From NCBI GenBank assembly GCA_041288095.1, contig JBGGMJ010000136.1, positions 16,031 through 80,030 on the forward strand: a stretch of 64,000 nt of DNA. Reading direction: 5' to 3'. The notes beneath the pieces are model-generated. The model made no database searches and was not told the DNA's origin. It worked only from the letters and a program-made list of their open reading frames with translations. Below are positions 19,709-29,957 of this stretch, in pieces. A program made the translations under genes and the position numbers. The first letter of the stretch is position 1; each line of letters begins with the position of its first letter. The stretch comes from Myxococcota bacterium (GTDB taxonomy: Bacteria > Myxococcota > XYA12-FULL-58-9 > JALHOP01).

Positions 19709-21019
19709 GTGAGCACCGCACCCCAGCTCAAGCGTGTCTTGGGGCCCGTTCATCTCTGGGCCATCGCCGTCGGCCTGGTGATCAGCGGCGACTACTTCGG
19801 TTGGAACTATGGGCTCGCCAAGGGTGGGCCGCTCGGCATGATGGCGGCGACGCTCATCATCACCGTCCTCTACGTGTGTTTCATCTTCAGCTACACCGAG
19901 CTGTCGACCGCGATCCCGCACAGCGGCGGGCCCTACGCCTTCGCGCGCCGCGCCTTTGGACCGTTCGTTGGCTACATCGCCGGCATCGCCACGCTCATCG
20001 AGCTGGTGTTCGCCCCCCCGGCCATCGCCCGGGCAATCGGCGCCTATGTCCACTTTCGCGTCCCCGAGCTGCCGGTCAACGCCGTGGCCATCGGCGCCTT
20101 CGCGCTCTTCTGCGGTATCAACGCCGTGGGCGTCGGCATCGCCGCGACCTTCGAGCTGGTGATCACCGCGGTGGCGGCGTTCGAGCTCTTTCTCTTCTTC
20201 ACGCTCACCGGGCCCAGTGTCGACGTGTCGCGCATCATCGACGCGGGTCTGCCGTTCGGCGCCCGCGGCATCTTCGACGCCATCCCGTTCGCCATCTGGT
20301 TCTATCTGGCCATCGAGGGTGTCGCCATGAGCGCCGAGGAAGTGAAGCGCCCCGAGCGCGACATCCCCATCGGCTACGTCGCCGGCATTCTCACCCTCGT
20401 TACCCTCGCGCTGGGCACCCTCGTGTGCACGACCGGCGTCCTCCCTTGGGAGGCGCTCACCCAGGACGACTCGCCACTCCCGAAGGCGCTCGCGGCCGTG
20501 CTCAGTCCAAGCCACCCGATGACCCATCTCATGGTCTATCTCGGCCTCTTCGGACTGATCGCTTCGCTGCACGGCATCATCATGGGTTACTCGCGCCAGG
20601 TCTTTGCCCTCGCCCGCGACGATTTGCTGCCAAGCTTTCTCGCGCGCGTGCATCCGCGCTTCGGCACGCCGGTGTTCGCCATCGTCGTGCCGGGAGCCAT
20701 TGGCTGCGCCGCCGTCCTCACGGAGCGCACCGACGCCATCATCACGCTGAGCGTCTTGGGCGCGGTGACCCTCTACATGGTCAGCATGCTCTCGCTCTTC
20801 AAGCTCCGGACGCGTGAGCCGAGCCTCGCACGGCCGTTCCGGGCCCCGCTCTATCCGGTGACGCCGGCGATAGCGCTATGCCTCTCCGCTATCGCGTTCA
20901 TCGCGGTGGTAGCGAGCGACGTCACGGTGGCGCTGATCTATCTCGCGCTGCTGGTGGTCGCCGCGCTCGCCTACTACGGTTCTTCGTCCACCAAGCGAAT
21001 GAGCTCGCGCAGCCCCTGA
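19709..21019 (+). CDS. eat: Ethanolamine permease (APC superfamily)
   Basis: LWAIAVGLVISGDYFGWNYG, FAIWFYLAIEGVAMSAEE, about 12 TM segments. Confidence 0.85.
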   Translation: MSTAPQLKRVLGPVHLWAIAVGLVISGDYFGWNYGLAKGGPLGMMAATLIITVLYVCFIFSYTELSTAIPHSGGPYAFARRAFGPFVGYIAGIATLIELVFAPPAIARAIGAYVHFRVPELPVNAVAIGAFALFCGINAVGVGIAATFELVITAVAAFELFLFFTLTGPSVDVSRIIDAGLPFGARGIFDAIPFAIWFYLAIEGVAMSAEEVKRPERDIPIGYVAGILTLVTLALGTLVCTTGVLPWEALTQDDSPLPKALAAVLSPSHPMTHLMVYLGLFGLIASLHGIIMGYSRQVFALARDDLLPSFLARVHPRFGTPVFAIVVPGAIGCAAVLTERTDAIITLSVLGAVTLYMVSMLSLFKLRTREPSLARPFRAPLYPVTPAIALCLSAIAFIAVVASDVTVALIYLALLVVAALAYYGSSSTKRMSSRSP

Positions 21020-21546
21020 CGGACGCGCTCGATCTTGTCGTGCGACGCGCCCGCGAAGCGGAGCGGCAGACCAGTGTCGGCCGCGATGCTGGGCATGTCT
21101 TTGCGCCGCTGCTGGAAGATGGGTGCGTCGAGACGCACGTCATCGCCGCTCGGATCCGGGTTGGTCACGATGGTCGCGCGCGGGCTGCTCTCGGGCAGTG
21201 GCACCGCTTCCATGTCGCCCGGCTCGGGCGGGGGCAGCGCGCCGCCCTTTTCACCAGCCATGATGCGCTTGCGCGCCCCGGCCAAGGTGTAGCGCTCTTC
21301 GTGAAGGAGCCGGCGGATCTCACGAAAGATCTCGACGTCGCGATAGCGATAGCGCCGTTGATTCGAGGCCGACTTCCCAGGCCGAATCGACGGCACCTCT
21401 TTTTCCCAGTAGCGCAAGACGTGGGCGCGCACTCCGACGAGCTGCGACACCTCACCGATTTTGAAATACAGCTTCTCCGGGATCGGCGATTCAGGGCCGA
21501 GCTTGCGACTTTTGGGTCGCCCGCCGAGTGGCAGCTCGCCCTGCAA
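20974..21546 (-). CDS. MerR-family transcriptional regulator (ihfA-associated)
   Basis: IPEKLYFKIGEVS...HVLRYWEKE...RRYRY; conserved position after ihfA; start uncertain. Confidence 0.88.
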   Translation of the reverse strand: MQGELPLGGRPKSRKLGPESPIPEKLYFKIGEVSQLVGVRAHVLRYWEKEVPSIRPGKSASNQRRYRYRDVEIFREIRRLLHEERYTLAGARKRIMAGEKGGALPPPEPGDMEAVPLPESSPRATIVTNPDPSGDDVRLDAPIFQQRRKDMPSIAADTGLPLRFAGASHDKIERVRQGLRELIRLVDEEP

Positions 21547-21548
21547 GG

Positions 21549-21887
21549 CTACGCCTCGTCTTCTTCGTCGTCGTCATCGTCGTCGTCACCATCGGTAACG
21601 GCGCCGGCGACTCCGTCGTTGAGCGCGAGCTTCAAGACCTGCGAGGGTTTGAAGGCGAGAACGCGGCGCGCCGAGATCTCGATCACGTCTCCGGTCTGCG
21701 GGTTGCGACCAACGCGCGAGCGCTTGTCACGCACCTCGAAGTTTCCGAAGCCGCTGATCTTGATCTTGGATCCAGACTCCAGCGTCTCTTTCATGGTGTC
21801 GAAGACCATCTCGACGATGTCCGCCGACTCTTTCTTCGAGAAACCAACCTTGGTGTGTACGGCTTCGACAAGATCTGCCTTCGTCAT
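21549..21887 (-). CDS. ihfA: Integration host factor subunit alpha
   Basis: MTKADLVE, KISGFGNF, GRNPQTG, FKPSQVLK; follows pheT; acidic tail. Confidence 0.93.
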   Translation of the reverse strand: MTKADLVEAVHTKVGFSKKESADIVEMVFDTMKETLESGSKIKISGFGNFEVRDKRSRVGRNPQTGDVIEISARRVLAFKPSQVLKLALNDGVAGAVTDGDDDDDDDEEDEA

Positions 21888-22003
21888 GGGCACCTCGTCT
21901 CCAGGGGCTACCGTAAGCGCCCATTATAGCGCTCAGGCGTTGATTGCAGCAAGGACGGCTTTTGCGTGCGATCGTCGCCACGCAAAATGTGACCGCCGAA
22001 GCG

Positions 22004-24481
22004 CTAGCTACGAATCTCGACCTGGAAGGCTTGTTTGACGCTAGCCTGTAGGGCCTCGAACGCCGCGTTAACCTCGACATCCGTGAGTGTGCGCTCACGG
22101 CTCCGATAGTCAATGGCGAAAGCTAAGCTGATGTGGGTGTCGGCGATCGGCTTGCCGGTATAGACGTCGAACAGCGAGACCCGCTCGACCACGTCCCGCC
22201 CCATGGGACCGCCGGCATTGGCGGCAATGAAGACGCGCAGGGTCTCGGCCGGCAAGGTGCGATCGGCGACGACCGCGAGGTCCCGGCGGGTGCTGGGGAA
22301 CTTGGGGAGCTCGCGGTACGCCACCGCCCGCTTGGCGACGCTACCCAGGGCTTCGAGTGACAGCTCGGCCGCGACCACGGTCCCCGAAAGACCGAAGTGC
22401 GCCAAGGTGTCGGGATGGACGATGCCGGCCACACCCACACGGCGGTCTCCGACCATGAGCTCGGCCCCGGCGTGTGGATGGTAGCCGGGGATGCTCGCCG
22501 GACGGCGAACCACCCCATCGCGGGGGTCGAATGCCTCGAAGAGGTCGTCGAGAACGCCGGCGAGGTCGCTGAAATCGATGTTCTCGCCGCGCTCGTGCCA
22601 ACGCCCGTCGTAGCGGCCACCGACCATGAGGATGCCGACCTCGGCGCGCTCGTCGACGAGCTCGGCCTCGCGACTCTCGGCCTCGGCTGCCCGCGCTGGA
22701 TCGATCGTGGTCACCTTGCGTCCGCTTCCGCGGTCGCTCTTGCGGAACGTGGTGCCGATCTCGAAGAGCTTCAGGCTCTTCACGCCCTGACGGATGTTGG
22801 TGGTGGCGACGTCGAAGAGGCCGGGTAAGAGCGTCGTTCGCAGCGCGCTCAGCTCCTCGCCGAGCGGATTGATGAGTCGAACCGGATCACCACAGCGCTC
22901 GGCGAAGGGCGCGAATCGCGAAGGGCCGCCGAAGCCGTAGGTGACGATCTCCGTGAGCCCGATGGGCAACAGGGCTCGGCGGGCAATCTCCGTGGGCGCC
23001 ACCGCGAGGGGCTCGAACTTGAAGGGTCCGCCGGCGTCCGGGAGGTGCTCGGGGATGTTGTCGTAGCCGTGGCGCCGCGCAATCTCTTCGATGAGGTCGA
23101 CCTCGATGCTGAGATCGGGCCTGAAGGTCGGGGGCTGGATACGCAGCACACCCTCGGTGCGCGCAATGCATCTGATCTCGAGGGGCTCGAGTAGCTTTAC
23201 GACCTCTTCGGCCTCGAGATCGAACCCGAGGATACGCCCCACCCGCCCCATGCGCAGGGTGATCTCGCGCGCCGGCTCGTTCTTGGCGGCGACCTCGACG
23301 AGACCCTTGCCGACGTCGGCCGCGCCCATCTCCGCCAGGAGCTGCGCGCAGCGATCGACGGCTCGCGCCGTGACCCCCGCGTCGGCGCCACGCTCGAACC
23401 GCCGCGCGGCCTCGGTCTTCAAGTCGAAGCGCTTCGAGGTGCGGCGGACGCTCACCGGCTCGAACCAGGCGCCCTCGAGCACCACGGTCGTGGTCGTCTC
23501 GCGAACTTCGGTCGCGGCCCCGCCCATCACGCCGGCGATGCCGATGGCCTTCTGGGCGTCGGCGATGATGAGGTCGTCTTCGCCGAGCTCACGCTCGACG
23601 CCGTCGAGGGTCGTGAGCTTCTCGCCCTGCTGGGCGTGGCGGACGTGGATGGTAGGCAGGCCCGACTCGGCCGCCAATGTGGACAGGTCGTAGGCGTGCA
23701 GCGGCTGACCCAACTCCATCAGCACGTAGTTGGTGGCGTCGACGACGTTGTTGATCGAGCGCTGTCCGATCGCCTCGAGCCGCTCACGCATCCAGTCCGG
23801 TGACGGGCCGACCTTCACGTTGGTCAGGGCGCGGGCGACGAAGCGCTTGCAAGCCTTGTGATCGTCGACGACGACGCGCACGAGCGTCGAGGTCGCGACG
23901 CCTTTTTCGGTCGGACGCTTGGTGTCGATCTTCATGCGCTTGCCGGTGAAGGCGGCGACTTCACGCGCGACACCGTAGTGCGACAGCAAGTCCGGCCGGT
24001 TCGCGGTGACCGCGAGCTCGATGGTCGCGCCGCTCGCGACCTGCGAGAACAACGGCTTGCCGAGCTCCGCGCTGTCCGGGAGCACCCAGATGCCGTCGCT
24101 CTTTTCTTCGAGGCCGAGCTCCGACTTGCCGCAGAGCATGCCCTCGCTCTCGACACCACGGATGGCGCGCTTTCCGATCTCGAGGCCGGGGAGCTTGGCG
24201 CCGATTTGCGCGAAGGCGACATGTTGGCCGACCGCGACGTTGGGCGCGCCGCACACGACGGTGTAGCTCTTGGTGCCGTCGGTGACGGTGGTCACGCGGA
24301 TCTTGTCGGCCTTGGGGTGGGGTTCCACGGCTTCGACCTTGCCGATGACGACGCCGCTGACGCCGCTCGCGGGATCGTTGACCGCTTCGACTTCGATGCC
24401 GGCGGAGGTGAGCCCCGTGACCAGGTCCGCTACCGCGGGCACGTCGACGAAATCGGACAGCCAGTCGAGCGAGATACGCAC
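22004..24481 (-). CDS. pheT: Phenylalanine--tRNA ligase beta subunit
   Basis: MRISLDWL, CGAPNV, NRPDLLS, RFERG, C-terminal FDX-ACB domain (RDLAVV). Confidence 0.96.
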   Translation of the reverse strand: MRISLDWLSDFVDVPAVADLVTGLTSAGIEVEAVNDPASGVSGVVIGKVEAVEPHPKADKIRVTTVTDGTKSYTVVCGAPNVAVGQHVAFAQIGAKLPGLEIGKRAIRGVESEGMLCGKSELGLEEKSDGIWVLPDSAELGKPLFSQVASGATIELAVTANRPDLLSHYGVAREVAAFTGKRMKIDTKRPTEKGVATSTLVRVVVDDHKACKRFVARALTNVKVGPSPDWMRERLEAIGQRSINNVVDATNYVLMELGQPLHAYDLSTLAAESGLPTIHVRHAQQGEKLTTLDGVERELGEDDLIIADAQKAIGIAGVMGGAATEVRETTTTVVLEGAWFEPVSVRRTSKRFDLKTEAARRFERGADAGVTARAVDRCAQLLAEMGAADVGKGLVEVAAKNEPAREITLRMGRVGRILGFDLEAEEVVKLLEPLEIRCIARTEGVLRIQPPTFRPDLSIEVDLIEEIARRHGYDNIPEHLPDAGGPFKFEPLAVAPTEIARRALLPIGLTEIVTYGFGGPSRFAPFAERCGDPVRLINPLGEELSALRTTLLPGLFDVATTNIRQGVKSLKLFEIGTTFRKSDRGSGRKVTTIDPARAAEAESREAELVDERAEVGILMVGGRYDGRWHERGENIDFSDLAGVLDDLFEAFDPRDGVVRRPASIPGYHPHAGAELMVGDRRVGVAGIVHPDTLAHFGLSGTVVAAELSLEALGSVAKRAVAYRELPKFPSTRRDLAVVADRTLPAETLRVFIAANAGGPMGRDVVERVSLFDVYTGKPIADTHISLAFAIDYRSRERTLTDVEVNAAFEALQASVKQAFQVEIRS

Positions 24482-24486
24482 CTGCT

Positions 24487-25500
24487 TCAGCTCCCCGCGC
24501 GCGACACGAACTGGTTCGCGAAGCGCAGATCGTTTTCGTACAGCAAGCGGATGTCGTCGATGCCGTACTTGAGCATGGCGAGGCGCTCGATGCCGGTGCC
24601 AAACGCGAAGCCCTGCACCTTCTCGGGATCGTAGCCCACGTACTCGAGCACCGAAGGATGCACCATGCCGGCGCCCAGGACCTCGAGCCAGCCCATGCCC
24701 TTCTTGAGCATCGGCGAGCGCACGTCCACTTCGACGGACGGCTCGGTGAACGGGAAGAAGCTCGGCCGCAGGCGGATCTGCGCCTCGGCACCGAACAGGG
24801 CGACGGCGAGCGTCTTGAGCACGCCCTTCAAGTCCGCGAAGGTGGCCCGCTCGTCGATCCAGAGGCCTTCGATCTGATGGAAGACGGGAGAGTGCGTGGC
24901 GTCGAGGTTGTCCTTGCGGAAGACCATGCCCGGCGCGAGGACGCGCACCGGCGGCTCACGCGTCAGCATCGTGCGGATCTGCGTATTCGAGGTGTGCGTG
25001 CGCAGCACCGTGTTCTTGCCGACGAAGAAGGTGTCGTGCATGTCGCGGGCAGGATGGTCCTGCGGCATGTTGAGCGCTTCGAAGTTGTACCAGTCGTGCT
25101 CGACCAGCGGCCCGGTGGCAACCGTGAAGCCGAGCGGCGTCAACGCGCGCACGACCTCGTCCTCGATGAGCCGCAGCGCGTGCGGCGCCCCGGGAAACAT
25201 GCGCCGGCCCGGCAACGTAACGTCATAGCGGCCGCTCGCTAAAACGGAGTCACGCTCGGCGGCGCCGATGCGTGTCGAGGCCTCGTCGAGCGCTTCCTCG
25301 ATGCGGGTCTTGACCTCGTTGATTTTGGCGCCGAGCTTCGGGCGCTCCTCGGGAGTGACATCGCCGAGCGACCGCATGGCGGTGCCGAGCGCACCCTTCT
25401 TGCCGAGGATTTCGGCGCGAAGCAGTGCGACGTCCTGCGACGTGCGCGCCTTCTTGGCGCGCGTCAACGCAGTCTTTTCTATGCGCTTGAGCTCTTCCAT
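24487..25500 (-). CDS. pheS: Phenylalanine--tRNA ligase alpha subunit
   Basis: HPARDMHDTF, LRTHTS, FPFTEPS, GFAFGTGIERLAM. Confidence 0.97.
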   Translation of the reverse strand: MEELKRIEKTALTRAKKARTSQDVALLRAEILGKKGALGTAMRSLGDVTPEERPKLGAKINEVKTRIEEALDEASTRIGAAERDSVLASGRYDVTLPGRRMFPGAPHALRLIEDEVVRALTPLGFTVATGPLVEHDWYNFEALNMPQDHPARDMHDTFFVGKNTVLRTHTSNTQIRTMLTREPPVRVLAPGMVFRKDNLDATHSPVFHQIEGLWIDERATFADLKGVLKTLAVALFGAEAQIRLRPSFFPFTEPSVEVDVRSPMLKKGMGWLEVLGAGMVHPSVLEYVGYDPEKVQGFAFGTGIERLAMLKYGIDDIRLLYENDLRFANQFVSRAGS

Positions 25501-25525
25501 GTGGCCCGTGAGAGGCTACAGGAGC

Positions 25526-25882
25526 TTAAGCGAGCGCGGCCTTGGCCTTCTTGGCAACGGCTTCAAAACCCTTCGGGTCGTGAACCGCGAGGTCCGCGAG
25601 CACGCGGCGATCGAGCTGGATGCCGGCCTTGGCGAGGCCGTTGATCAAGCGGCTGTAGCTCATCTCGAGAGGACGCACGGCCGCGTTGATGCGGGTGATC
25701 CACAGACGGCGGTACTGTCGCTTCTTCTCTTTGCGGCCCGAGAAGGCGTAGGCCAACGCGCGATCGACGGTCTCCTTGGCGACAGCGAACAGCTTACGGC
25801 GAGCGCCGTAGTAGCCCTTCGCGCGCTTGAGGACGCGCTTGCGACGTTGACGAGTTTTGAAGCCACCTTTAGTGCGAGCCAT
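25526..25882 (-). CDS. rplT: 50S ribosomal protein L20
   Basis: [26 protein letters not shown]. Confidence 0.97.
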   Translation of the reverse strand: MARTKGGFKTRQRRKRVLKRAKGYYGARRKLFAVAKETVDRALAYAFSGRKEKKRQYRRLWITRINAAVRPLEMSYSRLINGLAKAGIQLDRRVLADLAVHDPKGFEAVAKKAKAALA

Positions 25883-25922
25883 GTTCTTCTACCTACTTGA
25901 ATCGAATTTTAAGACGGTCAGG

Positions 25923-26129
25923 CTAGTTGCCGTACGGGAGAAGCGACTTCGCCATCGCTTCGTCAGTCGGGCCGAGGAGGATGGTGCCGCCCAACTGGCG
26001 CTTGCGCTTGCGGCCCTTGTTGGCGAGGAGGTGGCGCTTACCGCGGCGGCCGACCTTGACTTTGCCACCACCGGTGATGCGGTAGCGCTTTGCAGCGGCG
26101 CGCTTGGTCTTCAACTTGTTCTTCGGCAT
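25923..26129 (-). CDS. rpmI: 50S ribosomal protein L35
   Basis: MPKNKLKTKRAAAKRYRITGGGK...KRHLL...LLPY. Confidence 0.95.
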   Translation of the reverse strand: MPKNKLKTKRAAAKRYRITGGGKVKVGRRGKRHLLANKGRKRKRQLGGTILLGPTDEAMAKSLLPYGN

Positions 26130-26201
26130 TGCTGTATTCCTAAAGACGAGCGCGCGGGCATAGCACAAGGAGCCCGGGGGACGCTGCAAAAATCGACGCG
26201 C

Positions 26202-26230
26202 TGTCTACGTAAATCGCTCGGGAGCGTCAA
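26202..26230 (-). promoter_or_regulatory. sigma70-type promoter for rpmI-rplT-pheST
   Basis: Minus strand TTGACG-N17-TAGACA. Confidence 0.45.
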
Positions 26231-26295
26231 GCCCTGACGGACGATCATCGCGTCCCAGGCGTTCCTCGGGGCCAAAAGGCGAGCATTCGCATACG

Positions 26296-27300
26296 ATGGC
26301 GAGCGTGGGCGTAACGGGGACCAAGGGTATCGTAGCCGGCTCCGGGCAGGTCTTGACCGTCCCGGGGGCGGACGACTTGGCTCCGATCGTCGTCGCCGCC
26401 AGCGACGGCACCCCAAGATTGCCCACCGGGGCGGCGACCCGGCTGGTTCAGAGCGGCGAGCCCCAGCGCCTCGAGCTGCCGCCGCCCTTGGCCGACGGCC
26501 CGATGCCTCGAAGTGTCCCGTATACGGCTCCGCACGACCTCAGAGCACGCATCGCGCAGGCGCTGGGGGTCCTCGAAGGCCGACCGACACAGTGGGCGCG
26601 TGACCCCCACGTCGTCGCCGCCCTCACCTACTCCGATCGCTTCATCGGACCCGCCGGCCGCGTTGCAGGCTCACCGCTCGATCGTGATGCCGAGCGCGGG
26701 GACATCGACAAGATCACCATCCGGGCCGTGGTGCAGGCCATGGGGACGCGGCGTGGCGAGCTCCGCGTCGCCTTCTTCGAGGCCATGCGTGCCGCCTACA
26801 ATGCCCAGGCGCGCGACATGCCGGCCGCGGCCGTGCTGCCCCTGCGCACCTTCGACTACGGGCAGGGCTTCGCGCATCCCGATGCCATCGACCTCTATGT
26901 CCATCGCGAGGGAGACACCGCGAACCCGATCGTCAGCACATCGGGCGGCATCGTCATCATGGCCGAGGACGGCTGGTCGACCGACAACCGCTTCGCCACC
27001 TCGTCGCTGCGCGGGGGCAACACGGTCACGGTCTACGATCCGGTGCGCAACGAGGTGCACCGATACGCGCATCTGCAACAAGTCGACGCGCGGCCGCTGC
27101 AGGTGGTCCGCCCCGGCGAACGACTCGGTCTGGTCGGCAGCACCGGCAGCGACTCGGCTCGAGGCGGCGGCGCCTCGGAACGCGGACACGGCCGCCACCT
27201 GCACTACGAGATCCGCTACTTCCCGAACGGTCTCGCGGCGGAGTCGCGCAGCTACCTCACCGAGGAGCTGCGCAAACGCTTGGGTCCGGAACCGCGCTGA
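26296..27300 (+). CDS. M23 family metallopeptidase without signal peptide
   Basis: HPDAID, GGNTV, RYAHL, LGLVGSTG, HLHYEIR in the C-terminal half; Pro/Ala-rich N-terminus. Confidence 0.8.
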   Translation: MASVGVTGTKGIVAGSGQVLTVPGADDLAPIVVAASDGTPRLPTGAATRLVQSGEPQRLELPPPLADGPMPRSVPYTAPHDLRARIAQALGVLEGRPTQWARDPHVVAALTYSDRFIGPAGRVAGSPLDRDAERGDIDKITIRAVVQAMGTRRGELRVAFFEAMRAAYNAQARDMPAAAVLPLRTFDYGQGFAHPDAIDLYVHREGDTANPIVSTSGGIVIMAEDGWSTDNRFATSSLRGGNTVTVYDPVRNEVHRYAHLQQVDARPLQVVRPGERLGLVGSTGSDSARGGGASERGHGRHLHYEIRYFPNGLAAESRSYLTEELRKRLGPEPR

Positions 27301-27313
27301 CGCGGGCGCGCGA

Positions 27314-27833
<520 letters not shown>

Positions 27834-27841
<8 letters not shown>

Positions 27842-29846
27842 GACTCGCTCCTACGAGGTTTTCTTTCCGAACGAACTTTGCCCGATCTGGCTTGGGCACG
27901 GTCGCCGCGTCTAACACGAGCTGAATTGACTTGTCGAGCGGCATGACCCCGAGGTCGCCCTTCTTGCGCCAACGGACGGACACCGATCGTGCCTCGCGCT
28001 CCTTGGCGCCGAGCACCATGACGACCGGTACCTTGTTGAGCTCGGCGTCGCGGATCTTGAAGCCGAGCTTCTCGCTGCGCTCGTCGAGGTGAACGCGGAT
28101 GCTTTTCTCCTCGAGGGCCGCCTGGATCTCGCGGCCATAGCCCAGAAGCTCGTCGTTGATCGTGATCAGGCGAACCTGGGTCGGCGCGAGCCACAGCGGC
28201 AAGTCGCCGGCCGTGTGCTCGAGCAGGATGCCGATGAAGCGCTCGAGCGAGCCCAAGATCGCGCGGTGAATGACGACCGGGGTGCTCTCGCCGCTCTGCT
28301 CGTTGGTGTAGCTGAGCTGGAAGCGGCGCGGCAGGCCGTAGTCGAGCTGGATGGTGCCGAGCTGGAACCAGCGGCCCAGGGCGTCCTTCACTTGGAAGTC
28401 GAGCTTCGGACCGTAAAAGGCGCCATCACCGGCGTTTAGCTCGAACTCGAGCTTGTTGTCCGCCAAAGCGGTGCGCAGCATGCCCTCGGCGTTTTCCCAG
28501 GCCTTGTCCCACGACTTGCTCTCTTCGGCGGAGAGGCCCGGCTCACGGCCGAGCGACTTCTCCGGCCGCGTCGAGAGCTGCACTTTCATCTCGAGCCCGA
28601 AGACGGCGTACACGTCTTGCAGCATCGCGAGCTGCAGGCGGATCTCTTCGCCGATCTGATCTTCACGCACGAAGAGATGCGCGTCGTCCTGACAGAAGCT
28701 GCGCACGCGCGTGAGCCCGGCGGTCACACCGCTGCGCTCGTACCGATGCAAGCGCCCGAAGTCCGCCATGCGGATCGGTAGGTCGCGATACGAGTGCTTG
28801 GTGTGCCCGAACATCAGCATGTGGCCCGGGCAATTCATGGGCTTCATGCCGAACTCGCGCTCGTCGATCTGCGCGAAGTACATGTTGTCTTTGTAGTTCG
28901 CGTAGTGACCGCTGGTCTTGAAGAGCTCCGAGTCGGTGAGCTGCGGCGTGATGACCTCGCCCATGTCGAGCGGGCCGTAGTAGGCACGAATGAAGTCGAC
29001 GAGGCCGTTGTAGATGCGCGCGCCCTTGTCGGTGAAAAACGGCGTCGCGGGCGCGTATGGGTGGAAGAAGAAGAGATCGAGCTCTTTGCCGAGCTTGCGG
29101 TGGTCGCGGCGCTTGGCCTCCTCTTGCAGCTCGACATGTTTGGCGAGCTCTTCCTCGGTCCAGAAGGCGGTGCCGTAGATGCGGGTGAGCATCGGGTTGC
29201 GCTCGTCACCGCGCCAGTACGCTCCAGCGACACTGGTGAGCTTGAACGCCTTGAGCCACGACGAGTCCGGTACGTGCGGGCCGCGGCAGACGTCGGGCCA
29301 ATCGCCGAGCGTGTACACGGTGATGGTGTCATCCGCGGGAATGGCGTCGATGATCTCGAGCTTGAAGCGCTCGCCCATCTTGCTGAAGCGCTCTTTCACG
29401 GCATCGCGGGTTACCACCTCGCGCACCATGGGCACGTTCTGCTTGGCGATGCGGTGCATCTCCTCTTCGATCTTCGGCAGATCGTCGGGAGTGAACGGGC
29501 CCTGCTCGCGATAGAAGTCGTAGTAGAAGCCGTTCTCGATCGAAGGGCCTATGGTGACCTGGGTGCCGGGGAAGAGCTTCTGCACCGCCATCGCCATCAA
29601 GTGCGCGGTGGTGTGGCGCACGATTGGCAGACCGGCTTCGGTCTTCACGGTGACGATCTTGAGGGCCGCGTCCTTGGTCAGCGGCGTATGGACGTCGATG
29701 GCGGTGTCGCCACCATCGATGATGCCCGCGATAGCGGCCTTGCCGAGATTCTTGCCGATGGACTCGGCGACTTGCTTGATGGTGATGCCGCTGTCGTAAG
29801 TGCGGACGGAACCATCGGGGAGAGTGATGTTGACCTGTTGACTCAC
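27834..29846 (-). CDS. thrS: Threonine--tRNA ligase
   Basis: TGS domain ITLPDG, RHTTAH, CRGPH, RDHRKLG, KPMNCP, FYGPK, IHRAILGS. Confidence 0.97.
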
Positions 29847-29890
29847 GCCGATGCGTCTACGCTATGCGCGGCGTATTGTGCAACGGGACG

Positions 29891-29924
29891 AAAAAAAACG
29901 CCCCTGGGGTGGGCCAGGGGCGTT
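29891..29924 (-). terminator. Rho-independent terminator
   Basis: Minus strand AACGCCCCTGG-loop-CCAGGGGCGTT running into a T tract, downstream of 29958..31349. Confidence 0.85.
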
Positions 29925-29957
29925 CCGACTCAGGCGGAGAGTCTTTGTTGGCTCGAG

